Below are positions 24,294-37,617 of a stretch of 60,000 bases of DNA, one piece after another; the first letter of the stretch is position 1, and each line of letters starts with the position of its first letter. A program made the position numbers and the translations under genes. The stretch lies in NCBI RefSeq assembly GCF_018977255.1, contig NW_024704742.1, positions 17,672,001-17,732,000 on the forward strand, read 5' to 3'. This DNA comes from Callorhinchus milii (lineage: Eukaryota). Below the pieces are notes generated by a model. The model saw nothing but the letters and a program-made list of their open reading frames with translations. It ran no database searches and was not told the DNA's origin.

Positions 24294-25529
24294 GTAAGTA
24301 CTGACTTACAAGGACTCCTTTCTATTTTGGTGAGAGATATTTGAAGCCTTCTTCCAGGACCCTGCCAAATGGATAATCCAGAGATCCTGGCTGTCGACTG
24401 GAAAGCAGATGGATGATCCTCCACTGATTAGAGAAAGCCACTGATTTACCAACCATTTATACTGATAAAATCCTAATAAAGCTCACACCCACTGCAAGCT
24501 CCTCAGGTGATTTTCATAGTTAAAGGAAACACCAGGTAGCTTTAAGTCATACACACCGTGTTGCAGGATAAAATCCCTGCTATTAACTGATCTAATTTGA
24601 GACAATGTAGTTGACCTCAGCACCCCTCCACTGGAGATGAGTGCGTATGGATTGATATTTGGTATGAAAAGTCTGTCAGCACTTACTACCAAACTCCACA
24701 CAACAGTTGGGTGAGGAGGATCCTGACACCTGTGGAACCAGTAGAAAAATACAAGGAGCCAAATATTTTCAGGTGTGCAGGAGAGGAGTGGAGAAAGTTG
24801 GTGGATAAAGAGAGAAAAATATAAAAATGGTAATATATCTCTGGTTGCAAATGCAAATATTTCTGCATTTGAAATATTTGCAGTTTTAACCTAAAAAATA
24901 TTTTTAGTAGCAGAAGCAGTCATTGGTGTGCTGGCATAGTGTGGTCACACATTCTCTGTGAGTCTGGTACTTATCTGGAGACAAGTATTATTTGTCTTGT
25001 AAATTGTTACCCACAATTACTGTACAGTAGAGAACTGATTATCCACGCTAATTGGGACTGACTGCATTGTGAATAAATAAACAGTACTGAGAATTGTTCC
25101 ATCAGGAATTATACTGTCACTGTATTACCACACTGTGCCAGCCTTACTCTTTGATTCTCTCCCTCTGACATTTTTTTCTTTTACCCTCTCTCACTTTACC
25201 ATTCTCTCTCATTGAGCATCTCTCTCTGTCGCTGAGTGCTTGTGTCTTTGTGTGTCTCTTTGCCTCTCTCTGAGAGAGTAACTATCTATCTTTCTTTCCT
25301 ACATTATCTCTGTCTTTAAACTTAATCTATATAATGGGAAATTATAAAGCCTTGCCTTCACTGCTGACCAAAAAAAATCCTGTTAGCATACATGCGAGTG
25401 AGGTTCCTAAGGTTCAGAACATCTCTAGAATCTCATGTTCAACTTTGCACATGCACACAATAGGGCTTTTTTTGCCAGTATTTTACAAGCTCATGTTCAA
25501 TTCCACAACAGAGCCTGCGAGGTTAAACA

Positions 25530-25705
25530 GATATGCAGATAAATGGGTGTGCGTGTGTGTGGATAAATAATTTACAAAATGGTGCACAGATAAATGAACA
25601 TTTGGATAAATAGTCTGTGGATAAATGAACATGCAGATAAATAGTTTGTGGATAAATGAACATGTGGATCAATCATAATGATAAATGGACTTGTGGATAA
25701 ATGAC
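25530..25705 (+). repeat. 15/16-bp minisatellite built on GATAAAT
   Basis: Units gataaatgaacatgca and gataaatagtttgtg alternate; about 9 GATAAAT cores. Confidence 0.85.
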
Positions 25706-26193
25706 GTGTAAGTTATCAATGTTCCTAACCAATCTGTTACCCAGAACTTTGATCCATTTGTACGAAATCATTTTCTGAACCAGGATTGGTGAAACATACA
25801 TTTGTCTGTAGTAAACCTATACCCAGTGCAAACACTGCATAGCAATTACCAAAGATACATTGCTCCCTAGTTGGACTGTATTTTGTTATGGCACCTCAAT
25901 AATGAAGAAAACTCAAAATTCAGACCACTTTTACAAAATTTGTTAGTTTTCGCTGATGGGAACCTAAACTCACTAAATATTGCCTTGTCCTTAATAGCGA
26001 ATATCCACTGCAGAAAGAAATTGCCTTGGTGGCCGCCAGATTAAACTGTAACTATTATTTCAGGTGCCGATGGTATCAGTAAAATAAAGTTTGTGCTCAA
26101 GAGTATAAAGGGGATTGACAGTTCACAACAGTGAAAAAGGGTTGAATACTAGGGGATCTAAATTAATGTAAGGAGGTGAGGAATATGAAGGGA

Positions 26194-27276
26194 CTTCACA
26201 AACGACATTCTCTCTATCTGTGACCAGGGCTCCCTCTGCCTCCTCATCCTCCTGGATCTCCCTGCGCGTTTGACACAGTCGATCACGGCATCCTCCTCCA
26301 TCGGCTCTCCTCCCTCATCTACCTTAGTGAGACCGCACTCGCGTGGATCGAGTTCTACTTAACCAAACGCCTCCATTTCATCTCAGCAAATGGTTTCTCC
26401 TCCCACCCTCACCCGGTCACCTGCGGGGCACCCCAGGACTCCATCCTTGGTCCTCTTCTTTTCCTTACCTATATGTTCCCTATAGGCAATGCCATCCGCA
26501 GACGCGGAGTAAACTTTCATATGTTTGTGGATGACACACAAATCTACTTTGCCTCCTCTAGTACCAACTCCAGGTCCGCTAATGTTCTATTAGTTTGTCT
26601 GGTAGACATCGAGGCCTAGATGAGTGTAAACTTCCTGCAGCTGAATATGGACATGAGGGAAGCTATACTCCTTGGCTCCCGTCAACGTCTTTACACCTGC
26701 GGATTCAAACTCTTCAACCTCCCTGGGCTCTCCCTCAGACTCACCGAACCAGGGCGCAACCTAGGCGTGCAGTTCGACCCCCCCAACTGTCCTTCCTCTC
26801 CCACATCCAGTCCCTCACCAGGACCACTTTCTTCCACCTCCGCCACATTACCGGCCTTCAACTGTACCTTACTCCAAATGGTGCCAAAACCCTTGTGCTT
26901 GCATTTGTCACCTCCCGCATGGATTACTCCAACGCACTTCTCGCCAGTCTCCCCAGCTCCACCATTTACAAGATCCAGCTCATTCAGAACTCTGCTGCCC
27001 GTACACTGACCCGGAACAAACTCCGTACCCACATCTCACCGGTTCTGGCCAGGCTGCACTGGCTCCCCATCACCGAATGGATCGACTTCAAGATCCTTAC
27101 ACTCGTGTTCAAATCCATTCACTCTCTGGTACCTCCATACCTCTCCAATTTCTTCATTCCCCAATCCAGCACCAGTGCTTCTGGTCGACTCGCACTGGCC
27201 TACTGCTCGTCCCTCGCACTCTCTGCCCCACCATTGGAAGTCGTGCTATATATAAGTGCAAGTTGTTGTTGTTGTT
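26194..27276 (+). mobile_element. L2 LINE fragment (degenerate RT and C-terminus)
   Basis: Collinear with the 47810-50083 copy. Contains LVLAFVTSRMDYSN and LHWLPITEWIDFK. (TTG)n tail. Confidence 0.9.
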
Positions 27277-28569
27277 GAATTCAGCCCTCAAAAGAATTTT
27301 TCAAAAAAGTACAACAGATTTGTGGAACACATGTGTATGTGGATTTGCCAGGTTAAACACTATCACCATATTTTTTCTCAGGTCCTGTCTGGCGGTCCTT
27401 TTATTTCCATTTGGAATGAACGTTTTCCTCAGCTCATGATTTTAATATGCGCTATTTCCACAATGTGAGCATTCCAGTTTCTTCAGTCTTGTCTCCCAGC
27501 CCCACAGCCTCTGGGCGATCAGGGGATTTGTTAAATCTTTAATTGCTCTGTACATTTGGCTCTGTACTTTCACACCAAGAATTCCACATAGACGTACTTT
27601 TTAACTGGAGCTGCTGTTTCAGTTTTCCAGCCCATTAATTGTCAATCTCAGGACAGGGTATGCTTCCAGACAGAATTAGTCATGGGGCGACTGCCATAAA
27701 AGTAGACTCAAGCCATAAAATGTCCCGTAATTAAACATTGCATATTGCTTAATGGTTAAACATTCAGTGCTCTTAATGCCTTGGCAATTGTCTCTATTTC
27801 CAATCTAAACTACTGACCTCGTCTTGGATAATGCAAAGAGAAGGCTTATTGGATCTAGGAGGCCAGCAATACCATCTGATCTTACCCGAGTATTAGAAGT
27901 GTGGAAAATTGGTAGAATTCAGTCTTTATTTCGAAGTCAGTTTTCCACAGCTTCTTAAACAAGTCTTCCAAAATATGACTACATTTAAGAACTTTCCAAA
28001 AGGCTGCACATTCTTACATTTTCAGACAGAATAAACTTGTAGGATGAGATGAGGTGGAATTTTGGACCTCATGGTTTGAGCCTGTGAAGAGACGGGATGC
28101 AAATGTAATTCCCCTGGTTTCCCGAGCTCTGATCTCAGGTGAACTGTTGCAGGGAAGTGTCCAAGTGGAGGCCAGGAGTTGCTTCATGAGGGAAGCGGAT
28201 AATTAGATTAGGAGTCTCTTGTGAGTCTGTTTCCTGGCGATCAGCACAGATGAATCAACAGGATGAATCAATTGTATATCCCTTATACATTGGGACAATT
28301 GGCAGCAATGAATGAGAAGGCTGCACTCTGTGGTCGGCTGATGTGATTTGGAGCTTTGTGTCCCACAGTCTGTGATAAACACGGAGCCAGGCACCATCTG
28401 GTGCAATGCTCGGTAATTACAGAGCTCAATCAATTTGAATTCCTGCATTAAAAATATACATTTTTCCATAAACCATTTTTTAATCCAAAAATGTTACTGA
28501 TTGCTTTGAGAAAGGCAAGGACAAGTGCAACATTAACCCTGTATACCTTCAACCCAGTTAGTTCTTCAG

Positions 28570-28868
28570 ATGTTCTGCTTGTACCCACTCCTCTGCCCGC
28601 CCCTTCCACTCAGCTGGCACAAGTCAGCTATATGTGCGCTGACCCCTCCACGCCACCATCGGTGGCTGTGTTTTCAGCTATTATCTCTGGAACTCCCTGC
28701 CTCAATCCCTTTGCCTCGCCCCCTCTTTAACTATCTTAAAATCTAACAATAAGGCCTACCTCATCGATCACTCTTATGGTAACCTCCCTCTCTCCCACCT
28801 TGCTCAGAGTCCAACTATCATGCCATCCTGCATGAAGGGTGCTATGTAAATGTAAGTTGTTGTTGTTT
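28570..28868 (+). mobile_element. Old L2 3'-end fragment (similar short pieces at ~13357-13500 -, ~15885-16030 -, ~18745-18965 +)
   Basis: Matches the L2 3' end (ccatcggtggc...ctctggaactccctgcc...gggtgctatgtaaatgtaagttgttgttg). Confidence 0.75.
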
Positions 28869-30924
28869 TTGCCTTTGCCGGGAGTTGGAGCTAGTATTTT
28901 CTTTAGCTGATTTTGACGCCTGACTGGATTCCTCGCATTGTGCGAGTTCTGCGCGTGGTGTCACAGTGATATTGATTGTGTAATTATAACTCATTATCTT
29001 ACCTCTGAACAGTCAAAGGTATTTGCTGATCTGAGGTGAGGCTGCCAATCTGCTAAGAGGTACCTGGAACTTATGTTCTCACATTGTTTGAAATCCAGCT
29101 GAAGTGCTTCCCACATTGACTGCAGAGCGACAGCAGAGTCGGTGCATGGTGCCGCTCAGTTTATCAAAAGAGGAGAAATAATTAAATTAGTTGTGTGCTT
29201 TGGTTTTGCTGCAGTGAAAGATGCCCTGATATCTTAGTGGGTAAAGGGTATTGCCTGGTCCCGTGATTAACCTATTCAGACTGGATTCTCCCAAATTTGA
29301 GTGCTGATAAGTAATTGTTGGCTGGCAAAACCAGTTAGAGAGCTGGAATTGTTTTTTGTGTTCCTGGGATTGGGAAAGAAAGGAAAATTGACCAGAGTTC
29401 CTGCCCCTGAAGTTTCTTAGCCTTAAGATCATTTGTTTGTGGGACACTGCTGTGCGCAATTGGCCGGCTGTCACATTTCACCCACAAAATACAAAATACT
29501 TTACAGTATATTCCGTGAAGCGCTTTGAGACATCTCAATGATGTGATGAGGAACTATATCAAATGCAACTATTATTATTATCATTGTCTTAAAGTTTATG
29601 ATTATGTGGAATTTTAATAGGAAATTCCATGATGAATTTCATGCATCTGATTGCTATCTAGCAGTCCCTGAAGAAAAACTGTCTTTCCGTAGATGTGGGT
29701 GAGAACAGATCAGGCTCAGCTGTTATGCTCTCCACAGTCAATTAACCTTCCAACACTCGCAGTCCAGGCTCACTCATGTAGAGAAACCACTTGGGCGAAG
29801 GAGACGTTGTACCCCAGCAAGCGTCAGAGAAGGAGGCATGGGAATTGATCCTGTAAATGATTTATTTCAGTATTAAGCACTATCCACTTGAACCATCTGC
29901 CATGAGACTGCTGATACCCTCTGCTGAGACCTCTCGCTTTCTTTTGGGAACCTATAATGTGAGGAATCACTAGTCACTTTCTTTTGATTGTTACAAATTC
30001 AATATTCTTTCAACATTTTCCTAATTACTTCTATATACAATAATCGTTGGTGGCATTCGAGATTGGTGGCTTGTCACGTAACAGAGATGTCACAGAGTGC
30101 TTCACAGGATTTTATTGAAAAGTGCAGTGACTATGTTTGTAGGTAAGTTAAGAGAAACCCCTGAAATAATCTCTTTCTGGTTACTTTTTGTTTTTCATTA
30201 TTCTCTCAACTTCTTCCTGCTCCTCAAGGGAATGGTTCTTATTGGAGTGAATCTCAGGCCAATTCCATTTGGGGCCAATTTTATCACTCCTAGTGCTAAC
30301 TATGGACCTTCTAGATCTGTGTGGCTCGGTTTAACATTGGACCATGGCCTCCGAGGCTCTGGCGAGTTTTGTAATGATTTCTGAAACGTGTCTAATGATC
30401 CTCCCAGGAATTTACCTCTACTTTAAAACGTTTGTCTCTCGACTTCCTTGCATTGTGCTCGCCTGAGGGTTCCGTCCTTAAATAGAGGTCAACAACAACT
30501 AGGATCTCTCTCTGATCCTATTAAGTACTGTGGTGAACAAGGAGAGGTAATTAGTGGTTTCCCAAATGTGTTGTTGTTCAGACCTAGTTAAAGTGAGTGG
30601 GAATAATAATTCATTGGAGATAATCAGTACTGTATTTAGATTCTTGTCTAAATCAAATATCACAACACAGTAGAACACACAGAATATCACACCACTGATA
30701 TCAAAGAACCACAATACACAATCCATTTGATGGATGCATTCATGAACTATGCAAGTGAATCAAAGCCCTGAGTGCAAAAATGGCAGATAAGAATTATGAT
30801 CTCCCAGTGTCAAAGAAACCTTGGCTTCAATGCATGACATTTTATGCACATTTTTTCCAGCAGCTGAAAAGTGTTATCTTACTGAATGGCTTTTTAAAAA
30901 AAATTCTGTTTTTCCTATTCGCAG

Positions 30925-30998
30925 TTATATTTTTCCACTGATCTGGGAAAAAAGTGGCAGCTCCTACAGGAACGAGTGACAAAGGATCGGTTTTATTG
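30925..30998 (+). CDS. SORCS2: SORCS2 coding exon (~exon 5), 74 nt, phase 0-2: LYFSTDLGKKWQLLQERVTKDRFY(W)
   Basis: Acceptor tttcctattcgcag|TTA and donor TTG|gtgagg. Contains Asp-box STDLGKKW. Too short for the ORF track; read by eye. Confidence 0.95.
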
Positions 30999-31920
30999 GT
31001 GAGGATACACGATTTGTCAGAGATTCTGATTCCCTGTATCAATGTACAACGTATTCAGTGTCTAAGCACAATGTGGGAAGCAATATATTTGCCTTCTTTT
31101 TTCCCTAGTCCTATAGAGTAAAATTTGCAGTATTTCTTATTTAACGTTGGCATAAACTCCCACCATCAGGTTGCAGCACACCCCTCTAGGCAAGTGGCTA
31201 CTTCCTTTCCTGCTACTTTTTAAAATTTGAGACAGGCAATTTTTATTTTGTAAACTTTAGGCCCTACATGAGGCTCTTTGTTCTTTTTGTTAGATATTTA
31301 TCTTCCAGCATGAATCTGCTGAGGAGAGCCAAAATCTGTGTTCTTATTAGCTAAAACTTAATTTGTTTATCAATTCAGTGGGCTTGGCATTAGCCTCCAG
31401 GCTTAAACGCTAATGAAACATGGTTTACACAACTCATGTCATAGATTCCAGTACATGTTCCTCTCCTGTAAAATGCTGTAATATAAAACCTAATTTCACC
31501 AAGGTTCAAATCACACAATACCCGCTTTACTTTGGGTTTCTACCACAGAAATAGCTGTTCTGAAAGAGAATAAAACCATTAATTTGAACCCCAACTGCAT
31601 ATGTTATACAGAATATCACACCCAACGTGGCTCATTAAAATGAAGTGCTATCAAGCTTGACAATGCTATGTGACCCTGCAGTGACCATTGGGACATCCTC
31701 TCAATGGGAAAGGCCCTGTACAAATGTAATTTTGTATTTTATTGTTATTGTCTCGATCATATTCCTACCCAACTGCAGTCTCACAGGTATTGAATGTTGA
31801 AGTATAGTATCTATGTAAAGCAGAGGGTATCATTGTGTAATATCATACAGTAGTAAAATATCAGTAAAGTAGCATATTATTTAGTACGAAACAAGAGTAA
31901 AATATCGTTATTTAATACAT

Positions 31921-32198
31921 ATAATAATAATCCTTGCATTTGATATAGTGCCTTATCACATCATTGAGACGTCTCAAAGCGATTCACAGAATATAATGTA
32001 AAGTGGAGTGACTGTATATTTTGTCGGTGAAACGCGGTCCGCCCGTTGCATACAGCCGTGCCCCACAAACAGCCGTGGAGTGAGTGACCAATTTTATGAA
32101 TATTGCACATTGTGGCGAGCAACAAAAACAGGAAGCGGGGGAAAGGGAAAGAAGAAGCTATATGGGAATATTCCAAAATGAGTCCCTAATTACATTTG
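31921..32198 (-). mobile_element. Family C SINE-like element, second copy
   Basis: Reverse complement begins caaatgtaattagggactcattttggaatattcccata, the same 5' end as the 17719 copy. Confidence 0.8.
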
Positions 32199-32469
32199 GA
32201 GGTTTATATCTTTACATGAATTACACAATGATTGTTGCACATGTTTTGCACAGTGTATATTCTGCTCTGCCTGATGGTCACAAATGCTGCAGTTATTTAA
32301 GGCCTGGTTCCAGCTGGTTGATGATTGCACATGTGCAATTGTTTCCTTGTTGCTGCTGGAGCCTGGGTTCCCCAGCCATTATGGTGCAGGGGCAGCAACA
32401 TACAAAATACTGCTGTATGTTTTCAAGTCATCAGAAGCAATCTTTATTTTGCCTTGTAAATCTTCCCCA

Positions 32470-32850
32470 ATCTCACCTCCAAGTCAGAAAGTTGTGGGTT
32501 CAAGCCCTACATCGGGACTTTGAATTCACATGGTCTATGCTGAGGCTTCAGTGTGCTGCATCGTTGGAGGTGCTATCCTTTGGATGAGACATTAACCCAA
32601 GGTCATGTCTACATGTTTAGATGAGTGTTAAATACCCTGTGGCACTAATAGAAAGCAGAAGGAAGTGTCCTCGCCAACAATCCACCAAATAAAAAAATGT
32701 TCAATCTCTTCATGGCTGTTTGTGGGACATTGTGTGCATAAAAAGGTTGCTGCATTTGTCCACAAAATACACAGTCATTACATTTTACAGTAATCCCTTG
32801 AAGTGCTTTGAGGCATGTTAACAATATTATAAGATGCTGTATCAGGCGCA
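32470..32850 (+). mobile_element. Deu-SINE family B copy (further copies or fragments at ~2165-2450 -, ~7305-7570 -, ~38030-38372 +, ~45015-45225 +, ~52095-52770 +)
   Basis: Reads gtcagaaagttgtgggttcaagccc...ggatgagacattaac...ctgtggcact...gctgtttgtgggacattg. Confidence 0.78.
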
Positions 32851-33032
32851 GATTTTAAAAAAATCTGCAGAGAGAACTTTCATCCTCTCATGGCAGTAAA
32901 GCCACATTGCTGACCCAGTACGGATAGGAAAACCACACAGCACATCCTTTATCTCCGCCCTCCCCCATATCCTCAATGATAGCTAAGCCACCTGAGGCAA
33001 GAAGAAAACTCACCATGGAGGGTGACAGAACA

Positions 33033-33172
33033 CCAGTGTGTTATTACAGGTGTATTTATGTGTTAGTACCGGTATATTTAGGTATGGTAGAGGAAGATAG
33101 AGGTATATTCTAGTATCTTAGTACAAGTGTATTTCAGTGTGTTAGTACAGGTGTATTTCAATACACTAATGC
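33033..33172 (+). repeat. ~24-bp degenerate tandem repeat (cagtgtgttagtacaggtgtattt)
   Basis: About 5 degenerate units are visible. Confidence 0.75.
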
Positions 33173-33459
33173 AGAGTAGATTTCTCTGACAGTGTGGTGG
33201 GACAGCCACCTTCAATGTGGTTGGAGGATGTTTACAGGAGAGATCGAATGGCTATTACATATAGGAAGTGACATCATCCTAAATAATTCTTCACTTATAT
33301 TTGAAACCAAATGAAATAACAGGTTTGATTTTGAATGCTGCTGTTTAGCTGCAAGCAGCTCTATGGGTGACATAATCAGCGTCTGAAAGATATCTTAGAC
33401 ACAGCTTGGCTCCTTCAGTGTAAGTATCAAAAAATGCTAATGATTATTTCTGATTACAG

Positions 33460-33524
33460 GTCTGTGAATGGCATTGATAATGAACCTGATCTGGTTCACA
33501 TGGAGATTCAGCACAGCAGTGGAG
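33460..33524 (+). CDS. SORCS2: SORCS2 coding exon (~exon 6), 65 nt, phase 2-1: (W)SVNGIDNEPDLVHMEIQHSSG(G)
   Basis: Acceptor tttctgattacag|G and donor GAG|gtaact. PDLVHME is a SorCS motif. Phase fits both neighbouring exons. Confidence 0.93.
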
Positions 33525-35104
33525 GTAACTATTTGCTCATTATGTATGTGTACCATATTAGTGATATTTGTACCATGTTAGTGATATCATGATACCATGA
33601 TCTATTTGCTAAAGCCCCATATATGAGGACTTGGATTGAGCAGCTGGTGCTGAGTAAGCCTGGTACACAACATTGGACTTGTGCTTCAAGAACATCAAGG
33701 TGGCTGGCACGTCACAAGCTGTCATGCAAAGGTTCTCCCTTCACTTTGAAGGCAGTTGTCCGCCAGATAGCTTGGGGCGACAACTGCTGGAAAGTGTTAC
33801 CTGGAGTCCGAGTTCGTAAATACGTGTTTGTACATCCAATGCCTGGAATCCGCATTGATTGGCCTGCAGAAAGGCAAGGAGCTGCTGCTTAAGCTCTGCA
33901 CCTCCAATTGGTGGAACCATCGCTCAATGGGAAGAGAGGTGTGCCGGAATTGTGGACAGGAAGATGGTGACAACGCATTTGATGCTAAGCTATTTTGCCC
34001 ATTGGGAAGCTCGCAGGGTTCTCCTGGTTGCCATCCACCTAATGAGGGCTCAAAACCGCACTTGTCAGATGTCAAATGACCAACTAGTGATTACCCTCCT
34101 TGGGTGGGGAGGTAAGTGAGCTGGCTTGAAGGTGACATTTTTGGCAACTGAATGTCAGAATCGAGCACATCCTCTGTGGCGGTCTTGGTAGAAAGGGTCC
34201 TGAGCCAGGTGGGTCTGCAGTATTCCAGGGTACTGCTGATGACAGTCTTATTCTTTTAGGAAATAATATTATGGGATATAGTACATAGGTAGTTTGGGAC
34301 ATATGTGCATGCGACCGCTAGGAAGGTGGAAGGCAAGCTAGATGGACTTTGGTCTTTTTTCGTCTAGCATTTCTTATGTTCTTATGATAGCAAAGCCACA
34401 CTGGCTCATTGGCAGGACTTGAAAGGCAGCTCAGTCACGAAGGGCAGGACTCTTCCCACTCAGTCCTAGTTAACTTTGTGGGTCAAAGCCCTAGCAGGTA
34501 TGGTCGTCCTATCTGGACAAGCAGCAGGAAAGCTTACCAGATGGTGCTTTCAATGGCAAGTGCACTGCGTATCCTCACAAATTGGCTGCTTGGCTGAAAT
34601 ACCAGGCGATAACCAGCAAAAGTAGATCCAGAATGTAATCTGGGATGGATGCTTTCAAAGCGTGTGTATGTGTGTGTATGTTGGGGGGGTGGGGAGAGGG
34701 GGTGAACAGGAGAGAATAGATGAGTGAGCGACTTATAAGCAACAGCTTAATGATGTTTGGATACAGGGAAGATTTTATCATTTCAACAGCTGTTTGTCAT
34801 TTAAAATCACTGAGTCGATTAGTGGCCAATTAATCTCTGCGCTCACTCGTCATCTCTTTGCCTAAAAGCAATCTGAGTCAATGCAGCACCCTACCTGAGC
34901 CCTCCCTGTCCTCACCCTTTTTTTTGGTATTACACTCCATGCTCTCACTCTCCTGGACCTCCTGCCCTTAACCTCTCTGCTTTCATCCTCCCTGCACTCA
35001 TTCTCTCTGCATCCTCTGTGCACTATTTGTGCACAATCCATCCCCACACTCTTCAATCATCCTTCTGCACCTGGGTGGAGCTGCGAGATGCAGTTGAGGA
35101 GTGC

Positions 35105-35375
35105 ACAGTAATTAAATGAACGCACAGCCTTTTAAGGTAATTACACTTAGCAATTATTTTGATGATTGACTTTTAGCATTTGAATTAATTCTTACATCTT
35201 ATTTGAGAATAAATGCTTTTATTAACTAATGGATGAGCACCCGATGAACACCACAGTTGTTTTAATTACCAGACCAAGAGCGACCATGCTTTTTAGGGTA
35301 ATTACTATCCGCAGATTATTCGTATGATTGACTGCAAGTGTAATCAGTCAGGGCAAGCGGGAATGATTAATGTAG
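35105..35375. promoter_or_regulatory. Candidate intronic enhancer/CNE with a duplicated TAATTA + TGATTGAC module
   Basis: Non-repeat sequence. Module tttta.ggtaattac.....gca.attatt...atgattgact occurs at 35130-35171 and 35291-35333. Confidence 0.45.
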
Positions 35376-36827
35376 CACTATACTATATACAATGCTTAGG
35401 CATGTTGAACATGCAGTAGTCAGGCAGTTTTAATGCTGTTCTAAAGCTTGTCTTTGGTGAATCCCACAGCTGAGTCAGCCTTGCCTGCTGGGTACACATT
35501 GATCAAAAGTCCCCACTGTTGCATCGCTGTTAAAAATCTGCGGTGCCCTGTTAGCTTGAGGCTGTGCCAGTGTCAATAAATAAATCTATTCTGTGACAGC
35601 TCACATCCCCCAACCCCTCCCTCCCTCCCTCTCTCCCTCCCTTGCTATGTTCTCTTGACATGAAAGGCGTTATATAAATGCATAGTATGTTCGTCCGGAA
35701 TCCTTTCCTTCCTTCACTCCATACAGAGAAAACGTTTTCCCATCCATAAAATAAACTTGCAACTGAAGTACAATGTCCACTTTTATGAAACGTTGTCTAA
35801 GAGACAGAACCCGAATCCCAGACTCCCTAACCTTCACCTACTGCCTTGTAGAAGAAATTCATCAGCAAGATTTGTCTATAAAGTAATTCGGTTGCAAAGC
35901 TGATGTAAAACTATTTCACCAGGGAAGAATTGATTCTAGAGTAAACTTGCTGTGGGTAACTCTGGGTGGAGGGGAAGAGTGAAGGAGGAATTCTACACTG
36001 AGTGAGGCCGGCAGTGCTTTAGTTTTTGTAGGAGTTAAGTGACAATGTGTTTTGGAGCTTCCGGCTAGTTTACAAAATAATGCGTTATTTGACAAAATAC
36101 TTTCCTCTTTGGAAGCGAAAAGCATTTTTGGTTTGAACAATCCCAAGTATTATAACCTTGATCGATTGGAACGGTACTTACAGGCAGAGTACACTAGCCT
36201 GCCCTCTGGCTCCGAGTTACAGGAATGGTTTGGATAAAGAAAACCTGAAATACATCAAACACAAGCACTTCATTGCAGTGGCGGTCAGCTCGTTGAAGAC
36301 ATATTTTGTTGGCAGCCCAATTCACTGGAGCCAGGGTTTTGAAGGCAAATTAAATAAAACGTGTTCTACGCAAAACGTTTGCAGCAGATAGTAGAGTTAG
36401 GGACGACTTCATGAAAAGTGAATTAGGCAGACTTTGAAGAGGAAATATGTAAAAGTCTCTGGAAAAATGTGCGACTCTTAGGTAGAGCACAATGGGACAA
36501 CTGGCCTTCTCCTGTAAAACTCTGTACTTCCATGATCTTCTAATGCTAAAAAGTTTAGAGCACAGAATGAGACCATATGGCCCATTGTTTTTCCTCTTGT
36601 GCTATCCATCTCTTCCTCCAGAGCTATCTCTTCTTTCCCTATAGCCTTTAACATTATTTTCCCTCAACTTGTTATCCAGTTATTTTTTAAATGATATTAT
36701 AGATTCAGCTTCAGCATCGTTTGTGGTAACCTATTTTACTGATGTGAAAAAAATTCTTCCGCCTTTTTGTCAGCAATTAATCCTTTATTTATTGGGAGAT
36801 TGAATGTGCTATGTGATTTTTCTACAG

Positions 36828-36946
36828 GTTTCCTCTATGTCACCTGTCCGATTCTAAACTGCACTGAAAGAAATTTGAAAGCTCACTTCTCTGGATACAT
36901 AGATAAGAACTCACTGCTTGTCAATGATGACTACATATTCATTCAG
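36828..36946 (+). CDS. SORCS2: SORCS2 coding exon (~exon 7), 119 nt, phase 1-0: (G)FLYVTCPILNCTERNLKAHFSGYIDKNSLLVNDDYIFIQ
   Basis: Acceptor ttttctacag|GT and donor CAG|gtaatt. Contains YVTCxIxNC with an N-C-T sequon, and DDYIF. Lies within ORF 36767..36973. Confidence 0.95.
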
Positions 36947-37527
36947 GTAATTGATTCATCTCCCATTCAATGACCTTTATTGATCAGTGCAGTTATCTTA
37001 TTTGGGCATATACTTGGAGCAAGGAAGCAATTTCAAAAGATTGGATGGAAATGACTTTTGCTATGGTTTTAACTTGTAACTGAAGAAGTTAAGTTCTTCG
37101 ACGGTGAAGTATTAAACCTCAACTATGGTCTCAGTAGGGATTCAGTCCTAAACTCTTTGACGGCTCTGCACTGTTCTGGAAACAGACTGACTGCCCACGG
37201 ATCGACTCAGATGAGCAGACTCACTCTGCTGGGGATCTCCTCGGCTGGTGTCATGGTGGTTGCTGGGCTTGACATTTCCGTCAATTAAGTGGGAATGTTC
37301 CAACCTCCACACAGGAGCCCTTCAGCTAACGTTCCAATAAAATACATTCAAAACAAAAAGTAAGCGCATATGAAACATCAAACACTGAACATTTTGCGCA
37401 CAAGTTGCGTAAGTTGTGGGCAGTGCTTTGAGATGTCCTTCCATCATGCAAGGTGCTATATGAACCTAGATTGTGATTGTTTTTTTCTGCATTATATGAA
37501 TGTGTTTCTATGTTGGGTCTTTTTCAG

Positions 37528-37617
37528 TCAGCCTCTGGAAATTGGACAAAGTATTATGTCTCTTACCGCCGAAATGAGTTTGTTCAGATGAAATTACCCA
37601 AATACGCCTTAGCAAAG
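37528..37617 (+). CDS. SORCS2: SORCS2 coding exon (~exon 8), 90 nt, phase 0-0: SASGNWTKYYVSYRRNEFVQMKLPKYALAK
   Basis: Acceptor tctttttcag|TCA and donor AAG|gtaact. Contains YYVSYRRNEFV.MKLPKYAL and an N-W-T sequon. Confidence 0.96.

Noticed and set aside
24686..24868. Minus-strand ORF containing LYFST, the same as the start of exon 5
   Set aside because: A five-residue coincidence on the wrong strand with no further similarity.
32084..32587. 167-aa plus-strand ORF
   Set aside because: It spans two SINE copies and has no domain.
33623..34119. Cluster of overlapping 80-90 aa ORFs
   Set aside because: No domain and no consistent frame. Probably an old repeat or chance.
37524..37531. Tandem acceptor ttttcag|tcag at exon 8
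   Set aside because: The second AG is 4 nt downstream and would frameshift. Nothing in the sequence indicates it is used.
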